Shown here: in pieces, positions 40,620 through 50,438 of the stretch
How positions within the stretch are numbered: position 1 is the first letter of the stretch
Layout of the letters: every line of letters starts with the position of its first letter
From: Nitrospirota bacterium
GTDB lineage: Bacteria; Nitrospirota; UBA9217
Direction of reading: 5' to 3'
Length of the DNA stretch: 64,000 nt
Assembly (NCBI GenBank): GCA_963663225.1
Contig: OY760142.1
Span: 1,920,001-1,984,000 of the forward strand
Notes under the pieces: model-generated
Seen by the model: the letters and a program-made list of their open reading frames with translations, nothing else
The model's database searches: none
What the model was told of the DNA's origin: nothing
Program-made: the position numbers and the translations under genes

Positions 40620-41555
40620 ATGAATAGAATTGTAAAGTCAGTTCTGCTGGCTTTCCTTGCAGCATATAGTTGCATTCTCTCTGATGCGGAATATACTACT
40701 TGGGCCGCAGAACGGGCATATTATCACCTTGTTGTTCTTGGCGACCCGCATCTGCCGGGGAAATACAGGGAGTCAAAAGAACACGTCATTGAGACCATCA
40801 ACTCCTGGACGGATGTGGATATCGTTATTCCCGTTGGTGATCTTAATGAAAGCGCCGGAACCGACAATGAGTATGCCGCTGTAAAGGATTTTTTTGCAAA
40901 TCTGCGCAAACCGGTATGCCCCATCGCCGGGAATCATGACTATATTTATGAAAGTAACACCGGGCCGAAAGGAAAACGATTAAAAGCCGCTCCCGATACC
41001 CGGAAAGCAAAGCTGCATGCGTTTCGTGAAACATTCGGTTTGCAGGAAGATTTCTACAGTAGAAGAATGGGCGGTTATCTCCTGATTTTTCTCTCCACGG
41101 ATCATCTGCTCTCGGACAACCTTGCGGAAATGTCTGAACGGGAATTGAAATGGCTGGGCATGGAATTGTTGCAGAACAAGAAAACACCGACGATAATATT
41201 TTTCCATGCCCCGCTCAAGGACACGCTGCGAAATTACAACAATCATATCAATACTCCGCCATTTTTTGCCCAGCCTTCGGAAGCTCTTCGCTCCATCCTG
41301 ATGGAAAATCCCCAGGTGTTTCTCTGGATTTCCGGACATACGCATACGTCTCCAAGAGAAGAAAGTTTCGCTGCCCCGGTCAATGTGTATGAAAAACGCA
41401 TCACGAACATCCACAACACGGATATGAACAGAGCAGGGATCTGGACCAATTCAATCTATTTGTATCCGGACAAGGTACTAGTTAAAACATATAATCACAA
41501 GACGGGAACATGGCAGCCGGAACTGCAGCGGATCATAGTGCCGCCTGCTCTCTGA
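40620..41555 (+). CDS. Exported calcineurin-like metallophosphoesterase
   Basis: GDPH, GD, GNHD, FHAP, SGHTH; signal-like N-terminus. Confidence 0.88.
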   Translation: MNRIVKSVLLAFLAAYSCILSDAEYTTWAAERAYYHLVVLGDPHLPGKYRESKEHVIETINSWTDVDIVIPVGDLNESAGTDNEYAAVKDFFANLRKPVCPIAGNHDYIYESNTGPKGKRLKAAPDTRKAKLHAFRETFGLQEDFYSRRMGGYLLIFLSTDHLLSDNLAEMSERELKWLGMELLQNKKTPTIIFFHAPLKDTLRNYNNHINTPPFFAQPSEALRSILMENPQVFLWISGHTHTSPREESFAAPVNVYEKRITNIHNTDMNRAGIWTNSIYLYPDKVLVKTYNHKTGTWQPELQRIIVPPAL

Positions 41556-41654
41556 AGAATGCACCTGCGGATGCAGTGTAATACTTCTCTGTACAGGGTA
41601 AAAGCAGTCATGCCACTGTTTATCAGAATCCGGCTCTGAAAGGATACCATCAGT

Positions 41655-42029
41655 ATGGTAACCATAGTAAAAAAACCGACCGTTCTTCAGGCAGAGGGCA
41701 ATAAGCCGAAGCAGATCGAGGAATTCATCGGAACGGTAAACTCGCGGACTTCAGCCCTGAGCGTGGCGCGCATGAAAAGCCCGGAAGGCTGGATTGAGCA
41801 GGGGCAGACCCCTGAATTCGATGAATATACTCTTGTGTTGCGCGGAATGCTCAGGGTCAGCACAAGGACCGGGACATACGAAGTCAGATCGGGAGAAGCC
41901 ATCATAGCTCCCCGCGGCGAGTGGGTCCAGTACAGTACGCCTTCTCCGGAGGGCGCCGAGTATATTGCCGTTTGCATGCCGGCTTTTTCCCCCGCACTAG
42001 CGCATCGCGATACGGAGCATCGCGCGTGA
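41655..42029 (+). CDS. Cupin-domain protein
   Basis: PEFDEYTLVLRG, GEAII.P.GEWVQY, PAFSP. Confidence 0.8.
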   Translation: MVTIVKKPTVLQAEGNKPKQIEEFIGTVNSRTSALSVARMKSPEGWIEQGQTPEFDEYTLVLRGMLRVSTRTGTYEVRSGEAIIAPRGEWVQYSTPSPEGAEYIAVCMPAFSPALAHRDTEHRA

Positions 42030-42033
42030 GCAG

Positions 42034-43416
42034 TTACGTCTTTCTTTTCAACACTTCTCTTGCCGCAACTACTCCGGAGATGGAAGCCTGAATCAGTCCC
42101 CGCGACACGCCGGCGCCGTCTCCCACGGCAAAAAGATTGTTCACTTCCGTCTCCAGGGAGGGCGTGAGTTTAAGCTTTGTGGAGTAAAACTTGACTTCCA
42201 CGCAGTAGAGCAGGGTGTCTCCTGAATTCACGCCCGGTGCGACATTGTCGAGCGCTTCGAGCATTTCCATAATATTGTGCAGATGCCGGTAGGGAAGTGC
42301 GAAACTGATATCGCCGGGGGTGGCATCGTCAAGCGACGGCCGCACCGATCCGTCCGCAATCCGCTCCGGCGTCGAGCGCCTTCCCATCTTCAGGTCGCCA
42401 AGCCGCTGCACAATCACTCCGCCTCCCAGAAGCTGGGCAAGGCCGGCAATATATTTGCCGTAGGATATGGGATCGTTGAACGGCTTGGTAAAGTCCGTGC
42501 TCACCAGCAGCGCAAAGTTGGTGTTCTCCGTTTTGCGGTTTTTGTAGCTGTGGCCGTTCACGCTGTAAATGCCCTCGCTGTATTCCTTTACCACTTCTCC
42601 GTACGGGTTCATGCAGAATGTGCGCACCCTGTCGCTGAACCGCTTGGTCGTGTAAATAAACTTGCCCTCATACGCCACATCAGTAATATCCGTCATAATG
42701 CGCGCCGGAAGTTCCACCCGGACGCCGATGTCCACCGGGTTTTTCTGGAGCGAAAGCTTCAGTCGTTTTGCCTCTTCAGAAAGCCACGTTGAACCCTCCC
42801 TGCCCGCCGCCGCTATCACGATGGGCGCGGAGAATTTTCGTCCGTCCAGCGTTATGACTCCGGTGACGGCACCGTTGTCGTGCGTGACGTGCTGCACCGG
42901 CATGCTGAAGAGCATGTCGATCCGTCCTTCAAGATAGCCCCGGATGTTCCGCAAAACCTCCTTGCAAAGGTCCGTACCAATATGTCGGATACGCGCTGGT
43001 ATGAGATGGAGATCGTAACCGGCGGATTTTTTCTTGAGACGCGCAAATGCGTCATCGTCTTCTCCGTGGATTGCACCGTATACGCCGAATGAGCAGTAAA
43101 TGGAATCCACGTAGTCAATGAAAATCGTCAGATCTTCAACTGAAAGATAGTCGCGCAGCCATCCCCCGAATTCGGAAGTGAGGGTGAGTTTCCCGTCGCT
43201 GTATGCGCCGGCTCCTCCCCAGCCGCATAGGATGCTGCATTGATCGCATTGTGCGCAGGGAGTTTCGGATTCGACCATAGGACACGCCCGGGTCTGGATA
43301 TCACCGCCTTTTTCTATCATGAGAATACTGAGGTTTGAATTTTTAACGAGTTCAAGAGCGGCGAAAATTCCGGACGGTCCGGAACCGATTATAATGACAT
43401 CATAGGCTGTTTTCAC
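42034..43416 (-). CDS. FAD/NAD(P)-dependent oxidoreductase (COG2509-like) with N-terminal Cys cluster
   Basis: GSGPSG, CP..C..C..C..GWGGAGAYSDGKL, GVRVE, VRTFCMNP, VNGHS, GDGAG. Confidence 0.85.
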   Translation of the reverse strand: MKTAYDVIIIGSGPSGIFAALELVKNSNLSILMIEKGGDIQTRACPMVESETPCAQCDQCSILCGWGGAGAYSDGKLTLTSEFGGWLRDYLSVEDLTIFIDYVDSIYCSFGVYGAIHGEDDDAFARLKKKSAGYDLHLIPARIRHIGTDLCKEVLRNIRGYLEGRIDMLFSMPVQHVTHDNGAVTGVITLDGRKFSAPIVIAAAGREGSTWLSEEAKRLKLSLQKNPVDIGVRVELPARIMTDITDVAYEGKFIYTTKRFSDRVRTFCMNPYGEVVKEYSEGIYSVNGHSYKNRKTENTNFALLVSTDFTKPFNDPISYGKYIAGLAQLLGGGVIVQRLGDLKMGRRSTPERIADGSVRPSLDDATPGDISFALPYRHLHNIMEMLEALDNVAPGVNSGDTLLYCVEVKFYSTKLKLTPSLETEVNNLFAVGDGAGVSRGLIQASISGVVAAREVLKRKT

Positions 43417-43780
43417 GGAGAACTCCTTCCCATTCGTGCAGAATAGAGTAATGCGGGTACGCCTGGTAGCCGGATGATCGTAACATTAATCTGATAACCG
43501 AACGGGCATCGTGCTGACGAGGAATTTTGGAGCCAGGGCTGTAGCACGGTTCAGGCAGGAAAGAGCAGAATCCTCCGCCTGCCTATAATTCTTTAGGTTT
43601 AGTATTGTTTTAAGTGTATCTCACTGACGGCAATAGTCAAGGATAAAGCAATAGAAAACAGCACCGTGACAACTTTGTACGCTATACTATTCAATAAGAA
43701 TAAACACGAAGATTGTAATTATTAAATGACGGAGAGGTTGCTGCGGAAGAGGAGTTCTATCCAACGAAAGGAGGGACGTT

Positions 43781-44965
43781 ATGAAACGGGTGTACCTAGT
43801 GTTATTCATTATGATTGCTGGTTTGTCCTGTTTTCTGGTCAATACAGCCCAATCAGAAGTCATGAAGGCAGTGTCAAAAAGCGATTATGTGGGGTCCATA
43901 ACATGCCAGAAATGCCATAAAATTCCTTCCGACACATGGAAACTTACCTATCACAGCAAACTCATTGGAAAACAGGACCAGCGGCTGCTGAAGGATGCGG
44001 CTGAAAAATGGGAAACAGACGGTTTTAACCCCGGTCCAACGAAAGGCAATGCAACAGGCAAGAAGTTTACGAGAACCGATGTGAAGTTCACAATCGGCTC
44101 AAAATGGAAGCAGCGATATCTGGTTTCGAATGAAGAAACCGGCGGCTATCAGTTCCTTGACAAGCAGTTCAACCGGATGTCGGGAAAATGGGAAAATTAC
44201 GGTCAGAAGAACGACTGGAACACCACCTGCGCAACCTGCCATACGACCGGATACCGCATTACCGAGTATGATACCGCTAGTCCAAAGACCCAGAAGACGT
44301 CATGGGTTGAAACGAGCATAGGGTGCGAGGCGTGCCATGGCCCCGGGGCGAAACATGTAAAAACAGGATCGAAAAAAGACATCTGGAATTTTGCCGGCAA
44401 GTCACCAGCTGAACAGTCCCGCGTGTGCGGGTACTGCCATATTCGTCTTGAGAACGACATGTACAAGACGGCCCAGGGGAACCCCCGGGAAGATTTTCCC
44501 GCACCAAAGGTTGGTGGAAGTTTCAAACCGTCGGATGACTGGACCACATGGTATCCTGAACAGGTGATCATTCCGGGGGTGCAGCCCGGAAATCCTTTTG
44601 ATAAGGAGTATACCGGCGACCTCAAGGGGCTTTTCATCGTGGACGAAATTTCAAAAAAGAACGGGGTATATGAAGAGGCAAAACACCATCAGGAATACCA
44701 GGGGTTCATCCAGTCGAAGCACTACAAGAGCGCGGGGATGGGGTGTCTTTCCTGCCATTCCCCTCACGCGACCAAGAAAAAACCGATGGTTGAGGCGTCA
44801 AACAGCTGTACGGCCTGCCACGATGCTTCATATACCGTGGACAAATACATGCCCGGCCTCGGCAAGACCGCTGATAATCTTTTCGTGAGATCCCATACGT
44901 TTATCAAGGACCAGCAGCGGAAAGGCCTGCCGACATATCAAGGTATACCTGTGTTCTACAAATAG
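43781..44965 (+). CDS. Periplasmic hexaheme cytochrome c (c554/c552-like)
   Basis: Sec signal; six CxxCH motifs (CQKCH, CATCH, CEACH, CGYCH, CLSCH, CTACH); extra His in HHQEY and RSHTF. Confidence 0.9.
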   Translation: MKRVYLVLFIMIAGLSCFLVNTAQSEVMKAVSKSDYVGSITCQKCHKIPSDTWKLTYHSKLIGKQDQRLLKDAAEKWETDGFNPGPTKGNATGKKFTRTDVKFTIGSKWKQRYLVSNEETGGYQFLDKQFNRMSGKWENYGQKNDWNTTCATCHTTGYRITEYDTASPKTQKTSWVETSIGCEACHGPGAKHVKTGSKKDIWNFAGKSPAEQSRVCGYCHIRLENDMYKTAQGNPREDFPAPKVGGSFKPSDDWTTWYPEQVIIPGVQPGNPFDKEYTGDLKGLFIVDEISKKNGVYEEAKHHQEYQGFIQSKHYKSAGMGCLSCHSPHATKKKPMVEASNSCTACHDASYTVDKYMPGLGKTADNLFVRSHTFIKDQQRKGLPTYQGIPVFYK

Positions 44966-45012
44966 CCTGAAGCAGGGAATACCGGAAACATATGCGGTGA
45001 ATACATATTGCC

Positions 45013-45050
45013 GGGGAGTGAAACAATCGTCATCGTTTCACTCCCCTATT
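45013..45050 (+). terminator. Hairpin/terminator after cytochrome gene
   Basis: GGGGAGTGAAAC...GTTTCACTCCCC. Confidence 0.6.
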
Positions 45051-45175
45051 AGAACGAAACCTCACTTGCTATCCATAATTTCCTGTGGTATCTTCTAACT
45101 ATCCATCCTGGGAAACAAGCACCCAACATCAGTCTCTTTCTTAATGATAACAATACACTTCAACGGTTTTCAGAC

Positions 45176-45217
45176 AGCAAGATTTTACAAGACAACAATC
45201 TGATTTGTTTCTATAAT
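45176..45217 (+). promoter_or_regulatory. Putative AraC-type activator box and -10 element
   Basis: AGCAAGATTTTACAAGAC overlapping the -35 position of TATAAT (45212-45217). Confidence 0.35.
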
Positions 45218-45412
45218 TTCAACAGTATTATCGGCATCGGAAGCAGCAAAAAGAGCCGCCTGCATGCTTTTGTGCAGAATGTCGCTCTCTGTTTGTTTGT
45301 ACGCATTTTTTGCCGGCCGAGCACGTGCATACCCCGAAAGAAGCATTTTGCCTCATTGTGCCGCCTGCCCTTCTCGTTTTGATTTTGCGGTTTTCTTGAG
45401 GAGTGTGATGTT

Positions 45413-46366
45413 ATGAGTTCAATACAAAATGTTTGCAGGAAGAGAAAAACAAGCTTTCCAGAAGAGGCTCTTCGCGAGATTATGCCTGCGAACTGGCAGG
45501 ACAGGGATATATCGTATGAACAACCGAACGATCAGTGCATGAAACTGATTCAGGCAAAAGACATCACAAATTATTTTTCGAAGCATGTTCACGAAAAACT
45601 GTATATCGGGATTATTCAAAAGGGCGTACGGCGGATGCGATACCGGGGCTCTTCCGCGGATCTTAGCCCTGGGCAGATATTCCTTCTGAATGTCGACGAG
45701 CCGCACGAATGTGATGACGATGATCTCAATTTGCAGATTATCGGTTTTCCGGAACGCATTTTTTTGCAAATAGCCCGTGAGATCAACCTCAAATCCGCTC
45801 CGCAAACAATATCTTTTAGCAAATTAGTTGCCACTGACCGGTTTCTTTTTTCAGAAATAACATCATTATTATCACTTCTTGACTCCAATGCATCACGACT
45901 TACAGTCGAGTCGAAAATTAACGGCATTCTGTCCCGGCTTGTCATGCGACATACGACCTGGAGCGAGACCCTGCCCGAAAAAACGCTGTCGTTCACGGCA
46001 TCTGTGCGCCTGGCGAAAGAATACGTCCAGGAGAACTACGCTCGCGAGATATCGCTCGGTGATCTTGCTCAACTCACCGGGTTGACACCGTACCATCTCA
46101 GCAGGATTTTCACCGCCACGTATGGCATGTCACCGCATCAATATTTAACACACGTCCGCGTAGAAGCCGCCAAAAAACTCCTTACAAATCTGGACACGAC
46201 GCTGTCCGATGTGGCCCTGAACGCAGGATTTTATGATCACAGCCATTTCTGCAGGACGTTCAAGCGGTATACGGGAAGCACACCGCGGGAATTCGTTGAG
46301 CAGCATAAAGCAGGGAGCATTCCTGTTACGATGAGAGAAACTCGAAAAGTGCCTGCGACGCGATAA
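45413..46366 (+). CDS. AraC-family transcriptional regulator
   Basis: N-terminal cupin ligand domain (HVHE...EPHE); C-terminal double HTH with GFYDHSHFCRTFKRYTG.TP. Confidence 0.92.
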   Translation: MSSIQNVCRKRKTSFPEEALREIMPANWQDRDISYEQPNDQCMKLIQAKDITNYFSKHVHEKLYIGIIQKGVRRMRYRGSSADLSPGQIFLLNVDEPHECDDDDLNLQIIGFPERIFLQIAREINLKSAPQTISFSKLVATDRFLFSEITSLLSLLDSNASRLTVESKINGILSRLVMRHTTWSETLPEKTLSFTASVRLAKEYVQENYAREISLGDLAQLTGLTPYHLSRIFTATYGMSPHQYLTHVRVEAAKKLLTNLDTTLSDVALNAGFYDHSHFCRTFKRYTGSTPREFVEQHKAGSIPVTMRETRKVPATR

Positions 46367-46425
46367 TAACGATATTTCGGGAGCAGCATGCTGGCTGGTG
46401 TGCGACAGGAGGGGAAAAGTCCTAT

Positions 46426-47307
46426 ATGGAGGTCGGAGAAGACAAGATAGTCGAAACAATTGGCCTTGTAAATCATGTGTGGCTGGCCACGCTGGCCGAC
46501 GAACAAGCAAAAAAACAAATAGGCCTGAATCATGTAAGCCATATGTGGGACCAGGACCGACCCTACTGGTACCTCTGGTTTGATGGCTGTCCCGGAGTTT
46601 ATAAAATGGAACTCCAGGGGTCAAAATCCGCAAAAGGCTATGATTGGCTGGCGGCGTTTTCCCTCAAGTATTATCCCGCAGAAACAGAATCGTCCTTTGA
46701 TAACCTCTCAACGCTTGAAAAACTTTGCAGAACCAGCGATATGTTCCACTCCCTTCCGTCGTACGGGGTCTGTGATTGCCCTTGCCAGGGACTGCATCCC
46801 GGCCATGGCCATAAAATTCACTCGTCAAAAAATACGGGTGCACCCGATATTGCCTTTCATGACGTCATACCTGCCGGTTTTTTTTATACCGGTGACGTGC
46901 AGATCGCATTTAACGAGCGGTCCGGCAGTGTGATTCGTTTGGAAAGCCAGACAAGCTGGAAAACAATCATGCAGAGTGATTTTACGCTGCGTGATGACGC
47001 AGGCGGCACCCTCGCGGAACTTAAAAAGGGGCAGGCGGATAAGGATTATCCAGGATTTACTATCTCCCAGTTGTTGTACCGGAGGCTGGTTGCAAGCTGG
47101 TCACGCATCCATCAGTACACAGTTGAAAGTAAATCCGTGCGGGAATTAGAAGGAACAGTGTTTCTGTCAGATGGCTATACAGCCGCACCTATGCCATCCG
47201 CTGATGTGAAACGGACCATAATCCAGTCTGAATTGCGCCGCAATCCATCGGACAGACTGGACCCGCTTCCTTGGGATGACCACCATCTGATGGAAAAAAT
47301 AGTCTGA
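46426..47307 (+). CDS. Hypothetical protein with Cys/His-rich segment
   Basis: GGAGG RBS; 293-aa ORF with CDCPCQGLHPGHGHKIH; no recognised family. Confidence 0.7.
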   Translation: MEVGEDKIVETIGLVNHVWLATLADEQAKKQIGLNHVSHMWDQDRPYWYLWFDGCPGVYKMELQGSKSAKGYDWLAAFSLKYYPAETESSFDNLSTLEKLCRTSDMFHSLPSYGVCDCPCQGLHPGHGHKIHSSKNTGAPDIAFHDVIPAGFFYTGDVQIAFNERSGSVIRLESQTSWKTIMQSDFTLRDDAGGTLAELKKGQADKDYPGFTISQLLYRRLVASWSRIHQYTVESKSVRELEGTVFLSDGYTAAPMPSADVKRTIIQSELRRNPSDRLDPLPWDDHHLMEKIV

Positions 47308-47432
47308 CAGAACGCGAGGAGCGTCAAATTTTAGAATAAAACGCTGAAGCTGAAATGGTCTCGGTTGCGGAGGCGAGATAGAGGGATAGAGACAAAGGAA
47401 ATATGCCAGATTAATCGAAAGGAGGTGATAGC

Positions 47433-47753
47433 ATGAGGAAACGTCATGCCGTTGTACTCGCCGTATGCGCATGCATGCTTCTTTCAGTTTTTAGTATTGC
47501 ATATGGATATTCAGAAAACGACATAACCGTCAAGGCAACGGTTTATGGTGCAGCCTGGAACGCAACCGGAGATGTGACGAGCGTATCCCTGCTCACCGTC
47601 GAAGGTGATGAATTGTTTGTGGTGCATAATGCAGTCGGAGATGAGCTTTTAAAACAAGTTGATCAGAATATCAAGGCAAACGGGGCGGTGCTTGTTGATA
47701 AGCAGGGTCGAAAAAATATAACCATCTACAAATATGAAATTTTGTTCAACTGA
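47433..47753 (+). CDS. Small secreted beta-rich protein, copy 1
   Basis: AAGGAGG RBS; Sec signal ending AYG; clear paralog at 48972. Confidence 0.85.
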   Translation: MRKRHAVVLAVCACMLLSVFSIAYGYSENDITVKATVYGAAWNATGDVTSVSLLTVEGDELFVVHNAVGDELLKQVDQNIKANGAVLVDKQGRKNITIYKYEILFN

Positions 47754-47789
47754 TAAGACAGTAAAAACGCGGAAATTTAAGGAGGGCTT

Positions 47790-48854
47790 ATGGAACGAAG
47801 AGATTTTCTGAAAGCGATGGCCGCATCCGGAGCGGCACTCGCGGCTACAGGACTGGGCGTGGACGGGAAGAATGCCTGGGCCGATGCAAAGCGTGAAGAT
47901 ATCGGAATGTGCAAATCGGTGAAAGTCACCTGCGTTTCGGAAACAAGCTGGTTCGATTCACCGCGGATGCTCCAGGACATCAAGGACGCGGGCGGCGCCA
48001 TGGTCTCGCACTATGAAATACCGTGGACCCAGAGCAATCTTGGCGGTTATGTGGCGCTTATAGAAGTCGAACAGCTTGACGGCACGAAGCACATTATCCA
48101 GCTGGATACCGGCTGGAGTGTAGCCTGGACCGATTATGTCCTTGAGAAGTCGGGCCTGTCCAGCCTGCTCCAGAAGAAGAAAGTAGATGTCCTGGTCATG
48201 AGCCATGAACATGAAGACCATTTCTTTGGGCTTACGTCAACCCTTAAACGGTATGACAAAATTCCGATGGTCATTCCGAACACGTTCTATCCGGAAGGGA
48301 AGTTGATGCTAGCCGGCAAGTACAAAAACGACAAGTCGAAAGCTTCAAATAATATTCCGCACAGAGGAGAACTCGTCGAGGTGAGCGGCAGCAAGCTTTA
48401 TAAGATGTATCCCGGCGTAGCGGTCAAAATGTTTGATATTCCGATTATGCTCAGAACGCGCGGAGAGCAGGCTCTTATCTTCAACATCAAAGACAAGGGA
48501 GTCGCTACCGTGACCGGCTGCTGCCACATGGGCATTATGAATCTCGTAAACTATGCCGCCAGAAATATTGAAGGATACAAGCCGTATGGAAGTTACGGCG
48601 GGTTCCATATCGCGGCATTCGAAAACTGGGATCCCAAGTTTGACGACATCATCCACGGGCTGAAAAAAATGAACCTTACAAAGCTCGGTTGCAACCATTG
48701 CACGGGATGGGTATGGGCCCAGCGCGCGCGCGAATTGGGTCTTCCCATCGTGTTAGGCACACAGAAATACAAGGAATACAAGAGATTGCCGACCACCGGG
48801 CCGGGGGCCAAGGAAAACGTGTATCTCAGAAACGGAGACGTTATTGTTTTCTAG
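47790..48854 (+). CDS. Tat-exported MBL-fold metalloprotein (Tflp/MJ0301/COG1237-like), copy 1
   Basis: ERRDFLK twin-arginine signal; DTG, SHEHEDH, TGCCH, GGFH, CNHCTG. Confidence 0.85.
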   Translation: MERRDFLKAMAASGAALAATGLGVDGKNAWADAKREDIGMCKSVKVTCVSETSWFDSPRMLQDIKDAGGAMVSHYEIPWTQSNLGGYVALIEVEQLDGTKHIIQLDTGWSVAWTDYVLEKSGLSSLLQKKKVDVLVMSHEHEDHFFGLTSTLKRYDKIPMVIPNTFYPEGKLMLAGKYKNDKSKASNNIPHRGELVEVSGSKLYKMYPGVAVKMFDIPIMLRTRGEQALIFNIKDKGVATVTGCCHMGIMNLVNYAARNIEGYKPYGSYGGFHIAAFENWDPKFDDIIHGLKKMNLTKLGCNHCTGWVWAQRARELGLPIVLGTQKYKEYKRLPTTGPGAKENVYLRNGDVIVF

Positions 48855-48971
48855 TCTGTCAGGGAATGGGCGATCAACCCCGCTGCATAGTTACAGGCGG
48901 GACAAATGCCGGTCAATATGGTCTCGTGTCATACTGTGCACAATAACACCTGAATGGTAAAGGAGGTTAAA

Positions 48972-49295
48972 ATGCGACAAAAGCGGAACTCGGCAATGAT
49001 GGTGCTGGCTGTCTGCATGTTGTTGTCCCTCTTCACCAGTGCTTATGGATATTCTGAAAATGATATTACCGTAAAAGCATCGGTTTATGGTGCAGCTTGG
49101 AACGAAAAAGGAGAAGTAACTGAAGTATCTCTTCTCACCACGGACGGGGATGAACTTTTTGTTGTGCATAACCCTGTCGGCGACGAGCTTTTGAAGCTGG
49201 TCGAGCAGAACATCAAAGTAAACGGCGCCGTTACCCTTGATAAACAAGGGAGGAAAAACATAACGATTTACAAATACGAGATCAGTTTCAACTGA
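48972..49295 (+). CDS. Small secreted beta-rich protein, copy 2
   Basis: AAGGAGG RBS; mature part nearly collinear with copy 1 (YSENDITVKA..YGAAWN...DKQGRKNITIYKYEI). Confidence 0.85.
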   Translation: MRQKRNSAMMVLAVCMLLSLFTSAYGYSENDITVKASVYGAAWNEKGEVTEVSLLTTDGDELFVVHNPVGDELLKLVEQNIKVNGAVTLDKQGRKNITIYKYEISFN

Positions 49296-49331
49296 GCGGC
49301 TGTTTGCACAAACTGCGGGAAGGAGGAACAT

Positions 49332-50402
49332 ATGGATCGTAGAGATTTTTTGAAGACACTGGCTGCATCCGGAGCTTCCCTTGCGGCCACGGAGTTGGGA
49401 ATGGGCGGCAGCGCGAAGCAAGCCTGGGCTGTTGGGAAAAAAGAAGATATCGGGCAATGCAAATCGGTCAAAGTAACCTGTGTTTCCGAAACCGCCTGGT
49501 TTGATTCTGCAAGAATGCTTCAGGATATTAAGGATACCGGCGGCGCCATGGTCTCCAGTTATGCCCACCCCTGGACACAAAGCAACATTGGAGGATACAG
49601 CGCCCTTATCGAGGTGGAACAGCTTGACGGTTCAAAACACACCATTCTCATGGACACCAACTGGACCCAGGAATGGTGCGACTATGTGTTCCAGAAATCC
49701 GGGGTGGATGCCCTGCTGCAGAAAAAGAAAATCGACATCATGGTGATTACCCATGAGCACCATGATCATTACTGGGGCATAAAGTCTACGTTGAAAAGAT
49801 GGCAGAACATACCGCTGGTCATTCCCAATACGTTTTATCCGGAAGGGAAAGCGCTGCTGGAAGGCAAATATAAAAACGACATCGCCAAAGTGGAAAATAA
49901 TATTCCGCATACGGGCGAACGCATCGTACTGGGGCCCGACAAACTCCTGAAACTCTACCCCGGCGTTGCGGTCAAGATGTTTGATTTGCCGATTATGAAC
50001 AGGGTGCGCGGCGAGCAAAACCTCTACTTCAACGTACAAGGCAAGGGAATCGTGGCGGTGACCGGATGCTGCCATGCAGGCATCCTTAACCTGATGCATT
50101 GGGCCGTGCGCAATATCGAGGGAGCAAAGCCGTATGGTTCCTACGGCGGGATGCATATCGCAGCATTTGAAAACTGGGACCCGAAGTTTGACGATATCAT
50201 TTTCGGCTTGAAAAAAATGAACATGACGAAAATCGGATGCAATCACTGCAGCGGTTGGGTTTGGGCAACACGCGCACGGGAGCTGGGACTGCCGATTGTC
50301 CTCGGTTCGCAAAAATACACGCAATATAAGAGAGTGCCCACTACAGGGCCGGGAGCAAAGGAAAATGTCTACCTCCGCAACGGAGACGTGGTCGTTTTCT
50401 AA
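49332..50402 (+). CDS. Tat-exported MBL-fold metalloprotein, copy 2
   Basis: DRRDFLK signal; DTN, THEHHDH, TGCCH, GGMH, CNHCSG. Confidence 0.85.
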   Translation: MDRRDFLKTLAASGASLAATELGMGGSAKQAWAVGKKEDIGQCKSVKVTCVSETAWFDSARMLQDIKDTGGAMVSSYAHPWTQSNIGGYSALIEVEQLDGSKHTILMDTNWTQEWCDYVFQKSGVDALLQKKKIDIMVITHEHHDHYWGIKSTLKRWQNIPLVIPNTFYPEGKALLEGKYKNDIAKVENNIPHTGERIVLGPDKLLKLYPGVAVKMFDLPIMNRVRGEQNLYFNVQGKGIVAVTGCCHAGILNLMHWAVRNIEGAKPYGSYGGMHIAAFENWDPKFDDIIFGLKKMNMTKIGCNHCSGWVWATRARELGLPIVLGSQKYTQYKRVPTTGPGAKENVYLRNGDVVVF

Positions 50403-50438
50403 CAGGCACTGAATACGGCACGAGGAGGTCATTGCACT

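Larger units (their letters stand above)
47433..50402 (+). repeat. Diverged tandem duplication of a two-gene unit (~1.5 kb period)
   Basis: Both genes repeated in the same order; coding sequence alignable, intergenic DNA largely diverged. Confidence 0.9.
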
